Origin: Felis catus
Taxonomy: Eukaryota
Direction: 5' to 3'
DNA: 64,000 bases
NCBI RefSeq assembly: GCF_018350175.1
Contig: NC_058370.1
Coordinates: 107,198,001 to 107,262,000, forward strand
Shown: positions 1 to 11,465 of the stretch, piece by piece
How positions within the stretch are numbered: position 1 is the first letter of the stretch
Layout of the letters: each line of letters starts with the position of its first letter
The notes under the pieces: model-generated
Seen by the model: the letters and a program-made list of their open reading frames with translations, nothing else
What the model was told of the DNA's origin: nothing
Database searches by the model: none
Made by a program: the position numbers and the translations under genes

Positions 1-70
1 GTTACGTAATATGCCCAAGGTCACACAGCAAGTACACAGAAGAGGCAGGATTTGAAGCCTGTGCTTAACC
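1..70 (-). mobile_element. MIR SINE fragment
   Basis: gcccaaggtcacacagc...gcaggatttgaa is the reverse complement of the MIR core. Confidence 0.7.
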
Positions 71-1688
71 TCCGTGTTCTGTCTCACAATCGTTTCCTGG
101 CCTTTTAAAAATGGAAACAAATAAATTAATGAGTGAAAAAATTAATGTCAAAAAATATTCAGTATAGTGTCCGATAAAAAAAGCAAGCCATGTTATTCTT
201 CTCAGATTACTGTTCATTTAGTTTAATGTTTAATGAGCAAGCTAACCATTGGAAATAGTGCTTCTGAAAAGAAAGCGTAATAAGAAATAAGATTTATTTA
301 CTTTTATTCATTAAGGTCAAGTATACATTAAATAATATTTCATATCCCTGAATAAGAAATAACATTGACTGTTCTTTATAAACTAACGTTTCCAAATTGT
401 TGACTGGATATTTTTCAGACCTAGAGGATAAATTATTATTTTGTGACTATATTCCATCTTCTTCCCTCCTCTCTTCATCACATTATGTCTCAATAAGTAG
501 GCGGCAAAATTTTTATATCCTTCCCCCCATCCTTCACTGTTACGTAGCAAAGATGAGCTAGACACAAATTAAAAAATGAGATAAGAATCATTCAAATGAA
601 AGTTAGTATTGTATTCAGGGACCCAGTTCACATGCATGTTAAATGGCATTTCAATTCCAGTTCATAAACCTAAAATGAAGAATGAGAGCTGCACTTGGCA
701 TTCAAGTTGCATTTAGATCAGGCTTATGAGCACGAGACCTTCAGGAATTCAGCATGTAACATTGCACAATAATGTATTAGTTTTATGAAAATTATAATGA
801 AACATATTTTAATTATGGCAATACAAATTATACGCAGGTTGGCCACTTATTATTGATTGATTGATTGATTTTGCACAGAGCATGTAATGAAAACTTTTTT
901 CCTCTTTTTATCATGCTTGTGCAGAGGAATAGAGGTCAAATCCACGTTCTACCACTCTATTTTTATTCTATCACATAGGCAAGATCATTTCTTATTGTTT
1001 CCCTGGAGATCATTTTGCTACTATTAATTTAAATATTCTTTTGCCTTATAAGATAAATTTCTCCTGTGATGCAGGTAGGGGAAAGGGAAAGCAAATAAGA
1101 TTAGAGACAAAAAATGGGGCCTCTGCAGGCCCCATAAATCTATACGCCCTAATAGTTTACATTTTTTAAACTAACAACAGTCAACAACCATATGAACAAC
1201 AGACAGCCATAATAACCCATTAAATTAAATCACATGACTTCCTGAGCAACTCAGAGTGTTGACAAAAACAAAAACACTGTATACTAAAAACCAGATCCCA
1301 AACGTTTCACGATTAAGAAACTACATTTAAGTAATACTATATACTTAGCTTAAGTTCAATCCCTGGGTCCCAAAGCCAAAATTTAGGCCCATGCTGTCTT
1401 TGGAACACAGACAAAATAAATAATATAGAGAATATATGTCCCAAAGCTCATTTTTTCCCTTCAATAATCTATATGACTGTATTAGGATAATGTGTAAAGG
1501 TCATGAAGGCCATCTTTGCTGCTTCATGGTAAAGAGCTTGGTTTAGGGTAAAGACTAAAACTAAAACTAAAAGAGCTTGGTTTAGGGTAAAGAGTGGGAA
1601 GATAGAAAAATTTCCTTTGATACTTTGATGCCCTGGTTGTATCATCAAAACCTGTGCCACTCACTGCATCCATAGGGGGATTAAAGAT

Positions 1689-1716
<28 letters not shown>
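1689..1716. repeat. (TC)14 microsatellite
   Basis: Direct reading. Confidence 0.95.
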
Positions 1717-1721
<5 letters not shown>

Positions 1722-1730
1722 TTTAAACTA

Positions 1731-1972
1731 TTTTATTTTATTTTATTTTATTTTATTTTATTTTATTTATTTATTTAGAGAGTGAGAGAGAGAGAACGTG
1801 AACATGATTAGCAGGGGAGGGGTAGAGACAGAAGGAGAGAGAGAATCCCAAGCAGCCTCTGTGCTGTCAGTGCAGAGCCCTGTGTGGGGTTTGAACTCAC
1901 AAACTGTGAGATCGTGACCTGAGCTGAAATCAAGAGTCAGATGTTTAACCCACTGAGCCACTCAGATGCCTC
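1731..1972 (-). mobile_element. Can-SINE (carnivore tRNA-derived SINE) with (TTTTA)n tail
   Basis: Reverse-strand head gaggcatctgagtggctcagtgggttaa, CT-rich body, A-rich tail; degenerate TSD ttaaac(t/c)(a/t)ttttatttta. Confidence 0.93.
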
Positions 1973-2851
1973 TTAAACCTTTTTATTTTAAAATAGGATA
2001 TTAGACACGTCTTTACAATTTGCCTAACCAAAAGGCCCAAGGCTTAAGTGTTTTTCTCAAAATAAATGGGAAGTCACTCACCAAAGATAAAGTCTTAGCA
2101 ACATGAAGAAACTGAGACCACACCTTATCCTGGCTGGAACCATAGGTCAGAGGGCCCAGGACCCCTCAGACCAGCAGTCTCTACAGAGGAAAATTTCTCA
2201 GCACAGAGTCCCAGTGGGGATGCTACTATGACATGAGGAAAGCCGAAACTACTAGAGCTCCCGTGGATGATATATTCTTATTATTAAGATTCGGTCAGGT
2301 CCACCTGTATGCTGTAGGCGATGGGGCCACAAAATTGAAATTGCTGCTAGGTGGTCAAGAGACAGCTCCCAAAGGGCATGATGAAGAGCAAACTCAAAGG
2401 TGACAAATGTCCATACATCCAGTGAAGGACTTGAAGGAACACTTCTCTTCCTGAGTGTTTTCCCTATCTTATTGGGTGTTTTACTGGGTGATCTCTTGAA
2501 AGTTCTTTGCCTCCATGTGTCTCTGGTTCAATTACAGATCAATTTTCAAAAATGAAGAGCATAGATTGATTCCATGTCCTTCCAACGACTGCATGCATGT
2601 CAAAAGAGAGTACTTGCTAATCAAAGCACCTAGAACTGGAGGAGATTTATGAAAATTGGCAACATTATTTTAAAATGTCAGTTTTCTAAAGTAAGCAAGT
2701 GTGTGGAGTTATTTTTAACTTGCAGACACTGCCTTACAAATAATTCATAAATTTTAAAAAGTTGCTTAAAGAGTGCCTCTCTAAATCTCTTTTTCTACTT
2801 AGCATTTCCATGGGGGTGGAGGGCAAATGCCCTTTATATTTCTATAGCTAC

Positions 2852-3096
2852 TAATAACAATGGTAGCTAACACATAAAGCAATTTCTATGTGCCAAGCAC
2901 TTTTCTCAGTGTGTTTACATGCATTAACTCATGAAATCCTGACAATAAGCTCATGAGGTGGATCCTACTGTCATCCTCGTTTTCTGATGAGGAAAATGAG
3001 ACAGGGAGGGACTAATGAAATCTTCCCAAGGTCACACAGCTAATAATAGTAGACCTGGACAAATCTGGCTTCAGATTCGATCTTATTAGCCACTCA
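2852..3096 (-). mobile_element. MIR SINE
   Basis: tgtgccaagcact...gatgaggaaaatgagac...cccaaggtcacacagct. Confidence 0.85.
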
Positions 3097-3366
3097 CTAT
3101 GGGCAAGTACATAGCAGATACTAATAAAGAAAGATAACTACTTCTATCTACTAATGCTACTTCTAGTCCTTATAATCTTACAAAACACAATTCCTATTCT
3201 GACTGACATCCCTTGAAGTTTCTGAAGAAGAGCAGTTACATTTCCCTCAAACTTTCTCTATGGCTCCAGTTTCTTCAGTGGGTCCTCTTATGACATGTGT
3301 GTGAATTCCACCTCAGTATAATGCCTAAAGCTCTTCTTTGAATGTGCACTAGATTCTTTCTTTCTA

Positions 3367-3573
3367 TTTTTTTTTTTTTTTTTTTTTTTTTAGAGAGAGA
3401 GAGAGAGAGAGAATGCCCCGGGGAGGGGGCAGAGGGAGAGGGAGAAAAATCTCAAACAGGCTCCATACCCAATGCGAAACCTGATTCGGGGCTTGCTCTC
3501 ACCACTGTGAGATCACGACCTGAGCCAAAATCAGGAGTCTGACACTCAACTGGTTGAGCCGCCCAGGCTCCCC
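3367..3573 (-). mobile_element. Can-SINE
   Basis: polyT tail, (GA)n, gagccgcccaggctcccc head on minus strand. Confidence 0.92.
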
Positions 3574-3989
3574 TCTTCCCATTTTTAATTTATTTAGTTG
3601 CTGTGTTTAGGGGATTGAAAGCTACAACTCAGCCAACAAGTGTGTTGCAGGTAATTTTAAGGGCTCCATGCACAGGACCTTGAGACCTAACCCTATCAAA
3701 TTCCTGCTTATTAGCAATTTTATGGCCCCTCTTCCAATCTCCAGAATTCCTCAGACTACTGATTGGTTCAAGGTTATCTTTTGAAAAATTTTCATACATT
3801 GGTATGTAATTTACTTAAAGCATACGAACAAATTTGGAACAACGAGGTGCTACCTTACCATCACTTTTACCTTTGACTCTAGTTTCTCATTACTAATGCC
3901 TACTGTCCACCTTCCTATCCATACATCCAACTGTCTATTCAACCCATGTCTGCAGATCCCTTGACTCATGCTTTATATTTTCAGAATTA

Positions 3990-4853
3990 AACTCATCTTT
4001 TTTACTATCCACCTGAATGATCTTTCTGGTTTATCTAACTCTTTGATTAACCTTAAACCAAAAAGTCAGCTTAGACTCCTTTCCTTGACTGTCTCCCTAC
4101 TGCAACAAATAAGCCCTCAAATTCTATAGTTCCTATCTCTTGAATGTCTCTTATATCTATCACCACTGCCTTTTATAGCTATTACATGAGTTATTTCAGT
4201 AATATGCTATGAGATGCCCTTCCTGCAGCCTGGCCACTCCCACTATGCTCCACTTAGCTGCCAAAATGATCTTGCTAAAACACAATTTCAATCAGGCATA
4301 CTTATATGTAAAACCTTTCAATGAATCCCTATAACTTCCAGGATAAAATCCCAATTTATTAGGTTTGTACCAAGGACTCTTGAAATCGTAGACCTGCCTA
4401 TATCTCTAAGCTTGTTCTTCTCTATCACCCAGTAAACTTTCTTTGTCCCAGCTTTACCAAACTATTCACGATTCACTGAAACAGTCAAAAGTGGCTCTGA
4501 TCTCCATTTTCTTACATGTTCATTACCTTCTTTCTTCAGTGTTTGTTTCTCTTTTCACTTAACAAACCCTGCCCTTGCTTTAAGACACAAAACAAGAACG
4601 CTTCTCTCTGTAATGCCCCACCCCCATTATCCTATTCTGATTTTTTTTCTTCCATTGTGCTCCCACCGCACCCTGCATAGATCTCCATGATCACACTTAG
4701 TATTGTCAATGTGTTTTTCGGCCTCCTCATTAGACTCTAAGCAACTTGGGGGCATGTACTTATCTTATTCATCTTTGTATGTGAAAGGCTTGGCACAGTG
4801 TCTAACATACAGTGGGTGTAGTCGACAAATGCTTAGTGAGTAATGAAATGAAT
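3990..4853 (+). mobile_element. L2 LINE 3' fragment
   Basis: Pyrimidine-rich L2 body ending cttggcacagtgtctaacatacagtggg...aaatgcttagtgagtaatgaaatgaat. Confidence 0.75.
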
Positions 4854-6369
4854 AATTCTCATTGGATGGAGAACTAGAAGAAAATGTTCGCTAAGGAATC
4901 ATGTGTCTTTTGTCTTCCACGTGCCCAAGCAGGAGGCCTGTCCTTCCTCATTTACCTCCAAACTGTTCTAAGAATCCGACTGGCTCTTTACATCCTAAGG
5001 TCCACCTGACTAACTGATAAACAGATTCTTGGAACACTACTGATTCACATGTTGAAGGATGTGTGGCCTTTGGTGGTTGATTAACTTCAAACTGTGGTCT
5101 ATTTATTCTGAGGCTCTCCAGACTCACCAACCTCAGAAGCTATCCCAGCTTCAAAATGAGAGAACTCACACAGAAGAGAGGGTAATTGAAATCTTTCTTT
5201 TTTAAATGAATATTCTTTTTCATGATTTTATATTCCAATACCAGAAATATTCTGAGAATCACTTTTTAAAAAATCAACCACAGGTTTATCTGGTTATGAG
5301 GGCAAAAATAACACATGGTGATAGTGAGAAGCTTCCATTAGCATTTTTAGCAACATTATCCAGATCTTGATCCAACTGTTTGAAGTACTTGCCATACAGT
5401 GGTATTTTCTATCTTTAGATAGTTCTGGAATCCTTTTGGGTAATACTTTTAGAAATGGATTTTAATCTGACGACACCAGATACCATTTGAGTAGTGCCTC
5501 CATTTGGATCTGGAAACTTAACTCAGTTTACCAATGTACAGATAGGCCAAGGATACCTCGTCAAATAATCTGTTTATTTAGACCAATGTGGATATCTCAT
5601 TTAGATAACATCTAAAAACTTAGATAGTATCTAAAACTTGACTTCAGTTTTGTATTGTTCCATTTATTAGAGCCAAAGTATTTCTTGCCAGTGAGGAAAA
5701 AATGATAATGAGTAAGGTGTAGGTACCTGAATGTAGCCACTGAATGGGTCTGCTTTATTTTTTTTTTAAAGGAGAAAATGATACCACTCGAGAACCAAAT
5801 AATTTCTGGCATCTAACAACTGAGTAATTACTGACAGTCCTCTTTGAAAAATACTAACTCTACAACAGGAGGAGGTAAATCATTAAACAGGCATGAATTT
5901 CGATGCTTGGAGACTAGGAGCAAAACTACTACATTCAAAATCCTAAATCCTGTCTTCACGATCCCATTCTGTCACAAAGTAAATAGTTAGCAAGTCACTA
6001 GTCTTTTCCAGACCCGTTTTCTCTGTGGGATGAAGAAGTTTGGACTTCATAACCACTGGCATGCCTTCTTGCTGTAAAGTTCATGGTCAAAAGTGTGTGC
6101 GACAATGGAGAAATGTAGGAAGGCTTTCATATGTACATGTTGGTTTTTTGCTCACTAACTGATACATTCGTGATTTGCTCCCAAACCCAGCCTTTGTTCT
6201 TGGTATGGCTTTTCATTTTTACATAAATTGCCCTGGTCCTTGTCATCTGATGACAATTAAGGCATAAATGGAAAAGAAATAAAAAGATGCTTTAAGAGCA
6301 TGTCCTGACTTGGACGCTTCTCTTTTGTCCTGCACATTTAATATAGGATATGTTGTTCCTCAAAAGGTG

Positions 6370-6500
6370 GTTTGTCACTTGCAACAACATGGAGAGTCCA
6401 TGAGGATATTATGTTTAGTGAAACAAATCAGACAGTGGAAGACAAATACCATATGATTTCATTTATATGGAATTGAAAGGACAAAACAAACGATCGAAAT
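6370..6500 (+). mobile_element. L1 fragment (ORF2 C-terminus/3'UTR start)
   Basis: ttgcaacaacatgga...attatgtttagtgaaacaaatcagacagtggaagacaaataccatatgatttcattt. Confidence 0.85.
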
Positions 6501-8040
6501 GAACCACCACCCCCCCCCCCCCCGCCAAAGGGAAGATGGCTTATTTTCAGACATAGGATAATAATAAAAAGGATTATGACTACCATTTGTTGAGCTACTA
6601 CACTGGAAGTGGGACAAGCTCGAATTTGAATGTACGTCTACCTGACACTAAAATCTATGCTCTTTCTACCATATCTTATGATCTGGAGAATCATCATTCA
6701 AAATGGCAGGTTTTGTTATCATGAACACAGAAGAAATCATGTCTGTGAACAATCATAAAATTGTGTATCAGATGATACATAACTTTTCAACTTTATTTAT
6801 CATAGTGTTTCTGTTCAAAGTAAACAAAGTACAAAGTTGATATATCCAGCATCAAAATTCATCTCCCAGTGCTGTGACTTCTCATTTCAATTGTAGCTTC
6901 AAGTGTCGTTTGTAAATGAATGATAATAACAATGATTACACTGCATTTGAGGGGGTGTGAGCAAATGAAATAATAGGTGAGAAGTCTTAAAAACATGACA
7001 CATGACAAAGAATTTGCTTTCCTCCCCCCTCCCAATATTTTCCTCCGAAAATACAACTAAGATCATCAGACAGAAAGACAGAAGCACTTACTTCTGGATC
7101 CCAGTTCCGCTAATGGCTGACACGAATTACACTCAGGAATGAATGACATGAACTCTTCTGAACATCAGCCAAAGGAAAGGTGGAACTAAATAATCTCTAG
7201 GTCCCATTTGGTTTTACATGATTATAATTTATTTAGTCTCAAAACCAATTTCTCACACTTGTGCTTCCTCTTTGGAAGCTGGAGCTTATTTTTAGCGTTT
7301 GCAGTAAAAATGTGTTTCAGAAAAGCTGTTGGATTGAGGACAAAAAATGTCCAGGTACCTGAAAGAAATTACAAGTTAAATGGATGAGTCACCAAAAGGC
7401 AGTGGGACAGCCAGACCTGTCAGGCCCGTTATTCGAATTTGGGCCAAATGATTCAACTATTTGATTGTAGTGATTGCAGAGGCCTGCAGAGGGGAGAAGG
7501 CACACACTTTTGGGTGGATCAGGTCTGACCTGAAGTTTCTCAGAGCTGCAAAAAGGGAATAAGTATCAAGTGTATTAACCAACTTGGGACAGAGAAAATG
7601 AAGAAGAGGAAACTCCATCACAAAGACAGAACATAACTACCGATTGATTGTCCGTTGGCATCAATAATATGGGAAAGATTGCTGGATTATGATGGGGGGA
7701 GAACCGGGGTCTAGGCCTGGTTTTCCAATGCCCCAGTTCTGTGATCTCAGTAAATTTATTTTCATTTTCTGGATCGAAGCTTCTCTGATCATAAAATAAG
7801 AGCCTGACTTGGACGTTTACCAAAGATCCCTCACAACTGTCAAATTGTATTCACAGGAGAAACACAGATAATGTTATGAAATATCCTTTTTTATCTGGAA
7901 AGAATCTCTTTGGTGTTGGTTTGTCTTTTGGCCTTAAAACTTCAAAATAGAAATTCTGTATTTTAACATCAGGCTTGTCATGTTCACATTCTTATAAGAA
8001 GAAGTATAACTATAGTAGAAGTATAGTGAAGGGCAGGGTT

Positions 8041-8298
8041 TTCTTTTTTTTTCTTTTTCTTTATTTTTGTTTTTCTTTAAAAATTTTTTTTTCAATGTTT
8101 GTTTATTTTTGAGAGATAGAGAGAGAGACAGAGCGTGAGTAGGGAAGGGGCAGAGAGAGGGAGACACAGAATTCAAAGCAGGCTCCAGACTCTGAGCTGT
8201 CAGCATAGAGCCCGATGCGGGGCTCAAACCCATCAACCGTGAGATCATGACATAGGCCAAAGTCGGACGCCCAACCGACTGAGCCACCCAGGCGCCCC
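8041..8298 (-). mobile_element. Can-SINE (SINEC_Fc type)
   Basis: Full head ggggcgcctgggtggctcagtcggttg on minus strand, T-rich tail. Confidence 0.95.
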
Positions 8299-9326
8299 AA
8301 ATGGCACGGTTTTTAAATCCAGATTGGAGAAAACATTGCTTACCAATTCTTCAGTGTTACTGACTTGTAGCTATCCTTTTCTGTGTCTAGTCTAACACGT
8401 TTCTCTATAACATGATTAGCATCTTTGCCCATTTGTTCCAACTAGATGTCAGCCATTAGAAAGCTTTACCATGTGTTATACTTTTTGCTTCTTTTTCACT
8501 GATGTTATTGATACCCTGTGTTCAATATCTTTGTCAGATTGACATCGGACATCTTACATTTTGAGTTTTATCCTTGGACATCCCTGGCTATTGGAGTAGA
8601 CAATTGTGAATTGACTCCATCTTGCTCCCCACAAATCAACTCAAAATATTACCACATTACCTTCAACTTTGCACCTTCAGTGTGTACTGAAAACTTTCCA
8701 TAATGAAGATTCATTAAGAACCTAGAAGATACTCATCTTTGCGTCCTCAACACTTACTGAGATGCTAGGTATCTGGGAGGTTCTAATCAGTCTTGAATGA
8801 ATTAATATATTCATATTTATAAGAAGAAGCCTAACATTATGCATTCCATATGTGAGCGGAAGCTTCAGAAAAAACAGAGGATATGAAAGGAATAAAACTT
8901 CACAACAAAACTATTCTGTGCTTGTTGCCTTCCGAAATACTGAAGTTTCTGTTTAGAATCCACATCAATCCTCAAAGGTTAAAACACTAACAAAAACCCA
9001 TCTCTCCATGTTTTCCAATAAGCCACGTGTTTTAAAGGCAGGCACATTGCCTCTGCCCTCATAAATACATGGTTGCCCCTTCCAAGTGATTGATGATATT
9101 TAAATGATGCATATTTTTCCCTGGTGGAAGTAAAATATCCACACACTTTCACCAGTTTCTTGGTGGAAACAACAACAACAACTTGTACGTACTTAATGCC
9201 ATCAAAGTTCTCATGAATGTGTCTCGGTAGGTAAGGGAAAAATATTTCTGTGTGTGTTTGTTTTTAACACAGATTTAACGGCACCATGTAAAATGTTAGA
9301 AGTGTATCATCACTCCTCCCTTCCTC

Positions 9327-9473
9327 NNNNNNNNNNNNNNNNNNNNNNNNNNNNNNNNNNNNNNNNNNNNNNNNNNNNNNNNNNNNNNNNNNNNNNNNNN
9401 NNNNNNNNNNNNNNNNNNNNNNNNNNNNNNNNNNNNNNNNNNNNNNNNNNNNNNNNNNNNNNNNNNNNNNNNN
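9327..9473. other. Assembly gap (147 N)
   Basis: N run. Confidence 1.
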
Positions 9474-9625
9474 CTATCCCTTTTTTAAACACACCCCTTC
9501 CTTCTCTCCCCAGTTTCTGGTAACTGCCTTTATACTCTATATTACTATGAATCCAGCTCTTCTCTCCCAGTTTTATTGAGAAACAATTGGCATACATCAC
9601 TGTGTCAATTTAAGATGTGAACCGT

Positions 9626-9840
9626 GGGGCGCCTGGGTGGCTCAGTCGGTTAAGCGTCCGACTTCAGCTCAGGTCGTGATCTCACGGTCCGTGGGTTCGA
9701 GCCCTGCGTTGGGCTCTGTGCTGACGGCTCAGAGCCTGGAGCCCATTTCAGATTCTGTGTCTCCCTCTCTCTCTGCCCCTCCCCTGTTCATGCTCTGTCT
9801 CTCTCCGTCTCAAAAATAAATAAACGTTAAAAAAAATTTT
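9626..9840 (+). mobile_element. Can-SINE (SINEC_Fc) inserted in L1
   Basis: Full length; perfect TSD taagatgtgaaccgt (9611-9625, 9841-9855). Confidence 0.97.
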
Positions 9841-10482
9841 TAAGATGTGAACCGTGATGGCTTGAATTACATACATTGTGAAATGATTAGCACAGTAGGT
9901 TCAGGTAACATCCATCATCTCATACCGATACAGTGAAAAGAAAGAAAGAACACAGAAGAAAAAAATTCTCCTTGTGATGAGAATTCTCAGGATTTGACTC
10001 TTTTAATTCTCCTATATACCAGACAGCAGTGTTAGCTGTAGTCACCACGTCGTACGTTACATCCCCGGGACTTACTCGTCTTTTAGCTGGAAGTTTGTAC
10101 CCATTGACCACCTTCCTCCAGTTCCCCCCTACCCCCACCCTCTGCCTCAGAGTCACAGGTCTGATGTCTTTTGCTAAGAGTTCGGGTTTTGGAGTTTTGT
10201 TTTGTGTTGTGTTGTGTTTGGTTGTTTTTTACTCCACATGTAAGGGAGATCATACAGCGTTTGTCATTCTATGTCTTGCTTGTTTCACTTAGTATAGTGC
10301 TCTCCAGCTTCACCTGTGCTGTTGCAAAATAAATTCTGGAGATAGGTGGCAGTGCTGGTTACACAGTAAAATGAATATCTTGAATACCATGGAACTATGC
10401 ACTTGAAAATGGTTAAGATAGTAAGTTTTATGTTATGTATATTTAACTATAACAAATAAATTTTGTGAGAAGTGTATCACCG

Positions 10483-10994
10483 TGTGAAGGCGAGTGAGTT
10501 CCCTCATTTCACCTTGGGCTATAAAAATCTGAGGACTGGCTTTTTAATAAGGTGACGCTGTATTGGCTCCTTGGGGACTTAGAAGACTGTTTGATTGGCT
10601 AAAGTTTTGAGATTGTTCCTATGGGAGAGTTCTGCCAACGGACCTGATCCTTTTCCTGCTCAGAGACCAACCACACAGAAGAAGGTTGTGAGGACGCCAT
10701 TTAATGGCTCTTGTCAGAGCGGGAGCCTGAGAGTTAAATGCTGCATCTGTCTCAGGGGAAAGGACAAAGTCTGCCTGCTCTTTGGCTCTCCAGCCTTCTA
10801 CCCTCTCTCTCCAACTGAAATGTTCTAAACCCAAAGTAAAACTGAGTCTCCAGCCCACTTCCCTTTCCAGCAATATGCCACAGTCCCCTTACCACCAGAG
10901 TAAAAAAAAAATAAAAAATAAAAGCTTCTCTGGCATCTCCTGGGAGGAATGCTGAACGTCAGAAAAACAAGAAGAGACTTTTAGGTTGGTGACA
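10483..10994 (+). mobile_element. Putative ancient solo LTR (family uncertain)
   Basis: TGTG...GACA termini, about 510 bp, two reverse CCAAT (attgg) motifs, AATAAA at 10917-10922 before a short U5-like tail; no TSD seen. Confidence 0.35.
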
Positions 10995-11129
10995 CGGCAT
11001 AGAACCATGACCCTGGGAAGGAAAGTTCTTCCTACTTTCCTCTGCCTTGTACCCCACCTTATGAGGAGTCCATTTTCAGTTCTTCATCAAGTCCATATGT
11101 CATGTGGTCCTTAACACAAATGCTATGCC

Positions 11130-11161
<32 letters not shown>

Positions 11162-11162
11162 A
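11130..11162. repeat. (AT)n(GT)n microsatellite
   Basis: Direct reading. Confidence 0.95.
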
Positions 11163-11254
11163 TTTCTTTTTGATGTACAAGGCCCAGGCCCTCCCATTTA
11201 AGCACAGCAAGGTATGAGGGAAATTATACCTTGGTTTTACAGATGGTGAAGCTG

Positions 11255-11465
11255 AGCAGGGAGACCTGATTTTGAATTCTGTTCCTGCTATAAATGACCA
11301 GCAATGTGTCACCTTAGCCTCACTGTCCTATCTGTAAAACAGGGGTCCTGATAATGTCCCTGGGTTGATGCAACACCTTCATGAGATGTTTGTTAGGCAC
11401 TCGGTGTTATGCCTGACACAGAGTCAGCACTCAATCAACAAGAGTTGTTATCACTAGAGCATTAT
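11255..11465 (+). mobile_element. MIR SINE
   Basis: tttgaattctgttcctgc...atctgtaaaacaggg...tgcctgacacagagtcagcactcaat. Confidence 0.75.

Larger units (their letters stand above)
9310..10467. mobile_element. Composite L1 locus: antisense L1 3' segments (9310-10330) plus sense L1MA/MB-type 3' end (10331-10460)
   Basis: L1 3'UTR motifs in both orientations; flanked by direct repeat agaagtgtatca at 9298-9309 and 10468-10479. Confidence 0.75.

Noticed and set aside
383-565. Minus-strand 60-aa ORF with possible acceptor (557) and donor (388), phase-compatible with the 12686-12640 candidate exon
   Set aside because: Unrecognised peptide and weak donor; phase match has a one-in-three chance probability.
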